A stretch of 62,962 nucleotides of DNA, the filler included, from Deltaproteobacteria bacterium (GTDB taxonomy: Bacteria > Myxococcota > JACRCW01): NCBI GenBank assembly GCA_016218805.1. It is 3 parts of 3 records of this genome, joined end to end, with 100 filler letters (N's around TTAATTAATTAA, not from the genome) between each part and the next. Parts side by side here need not be neighbours in the genome. Positions count along the whole stretch, not along the records: positions 42,424 to 62,962 come from JACRCW010000111.1; 2 more parts are not named here. The stretch is one strand, 5' to 3'. Below are positions 62,400 to 62,962 of this stretch, piece by piece (the first letter of the stretch is position 1; the number at the start of each line of letters is the position of its first letter). A model generated the notes under the pieces. That model was not told where the DNA came from. It made no database searches and worked only from the letters and a program-made list of their open reading frames with translations. The translations under genes were made by a program, and so were the position numbers.

Positions 62400-62962
62400 G
62401 GTGGTTGTGGATGGGCGCCGCGCTTGGCTACGTCCGTCCTCTGGCCCCACAGCGTCGGGATGGTCTTCCACTCCGGCCCGGTGCGCGCGTTCACCGTCAA
62501 CGCCGCCTGCCCGGAGCACTGCGAGGCGCCCTGGGCGTCAACCGCCTCCACGTTGATCGCGTAGCCGCCCCGGCTGTCCACCATGGTCACGGGGATCGTA
62601 TTCACCGTGGTGGTGCGCTTGCAGGTGTCCCCTCCCGTGCAGCGCGGCCCGCCGCTGAACTGCCAGCGGTACTGCGTCACCCGCGGGAAGTCCGGCATGC
62701 ACCCGCCGGTGACCGTGGCCGTGAACGTCCCCGCTTGCGCGCGCGTCAACGTGGTCCCTGACACCTCCACCTGGCAGCGCGCCGCCACGCTGAACGGAAC
62801 CACAGCCTCCTCCACCGCGCCCTTCATCACCCGCATCATCCACCCGCCCGCCGCGTCCTCCATGCACCGGTGCGTCTCCAGCGCGAACACCACCACACCG
62901 TCCTGTCCGCACTGGGTTGCCACCACCGTGCCGGCGTCGTTGGTGACGGTGAAACACCGCCC
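62400..62962 (-). CDS. Partial gene (5' end outside window) with an Ig/PKD-like domain; 3' end uncertain
   Basis: Open frame with TFTATV, YRWQF, Y.INVEAVD. The called ORF runs on into the BMP gene, so the true stop is unclear. Confidence 0.45.

Overview
GC-rich bacterial draft-genome sequence. Gene content (Ser/Thr kinases with PEGA domains, FHA protein, Cys-rich lipoproteins, prkA-yeaH-spoVR) suggests a myxobacterium or related deltaproteobacterium; this is an inference. The window is three contigs joined by artificial N44-TTAATTAATTAA-N44 spacers (19693-19792, 42324-42423), so adjacency across the spacers has no meaning. It is mostly chromosomal housekeeping and accessory genes: pdxH, tRNA-Ala(GGC), PmbA/TldE, an isolated type III secretion ATPase, prkA/yeaH/spoVR, an AGPS-like FAD/Fe-S operon, PLD, preT/preA, an S1-domain protein, patatin, cmk, cysteine desulfurase and a CHAP amidase. 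It also holds one complete ISL3 element with an 8-bp target duplication inside a gene, several decaying genes, and three kinds of REP-like palindrome. Best leads: (1) a 123-bp structured non-coding repeat inverted at both ends of contig 2, possibly the RNA-encoding end of an IS110-type element; (2) a small Zn-ribbon protein with an IF1-like ATPase-inhibitor helix directly behind the orphan T3SS ATPase; (3) 21/22-nt-period degenerate repeat tracts next to gene remnants; (4) an AGPS-like/GlcE-like/GlcF-like operon; (5) an exported protein with a phage tail-fibre-like C-terminus. All family calls come from motif recognition by eye. No searches were run.
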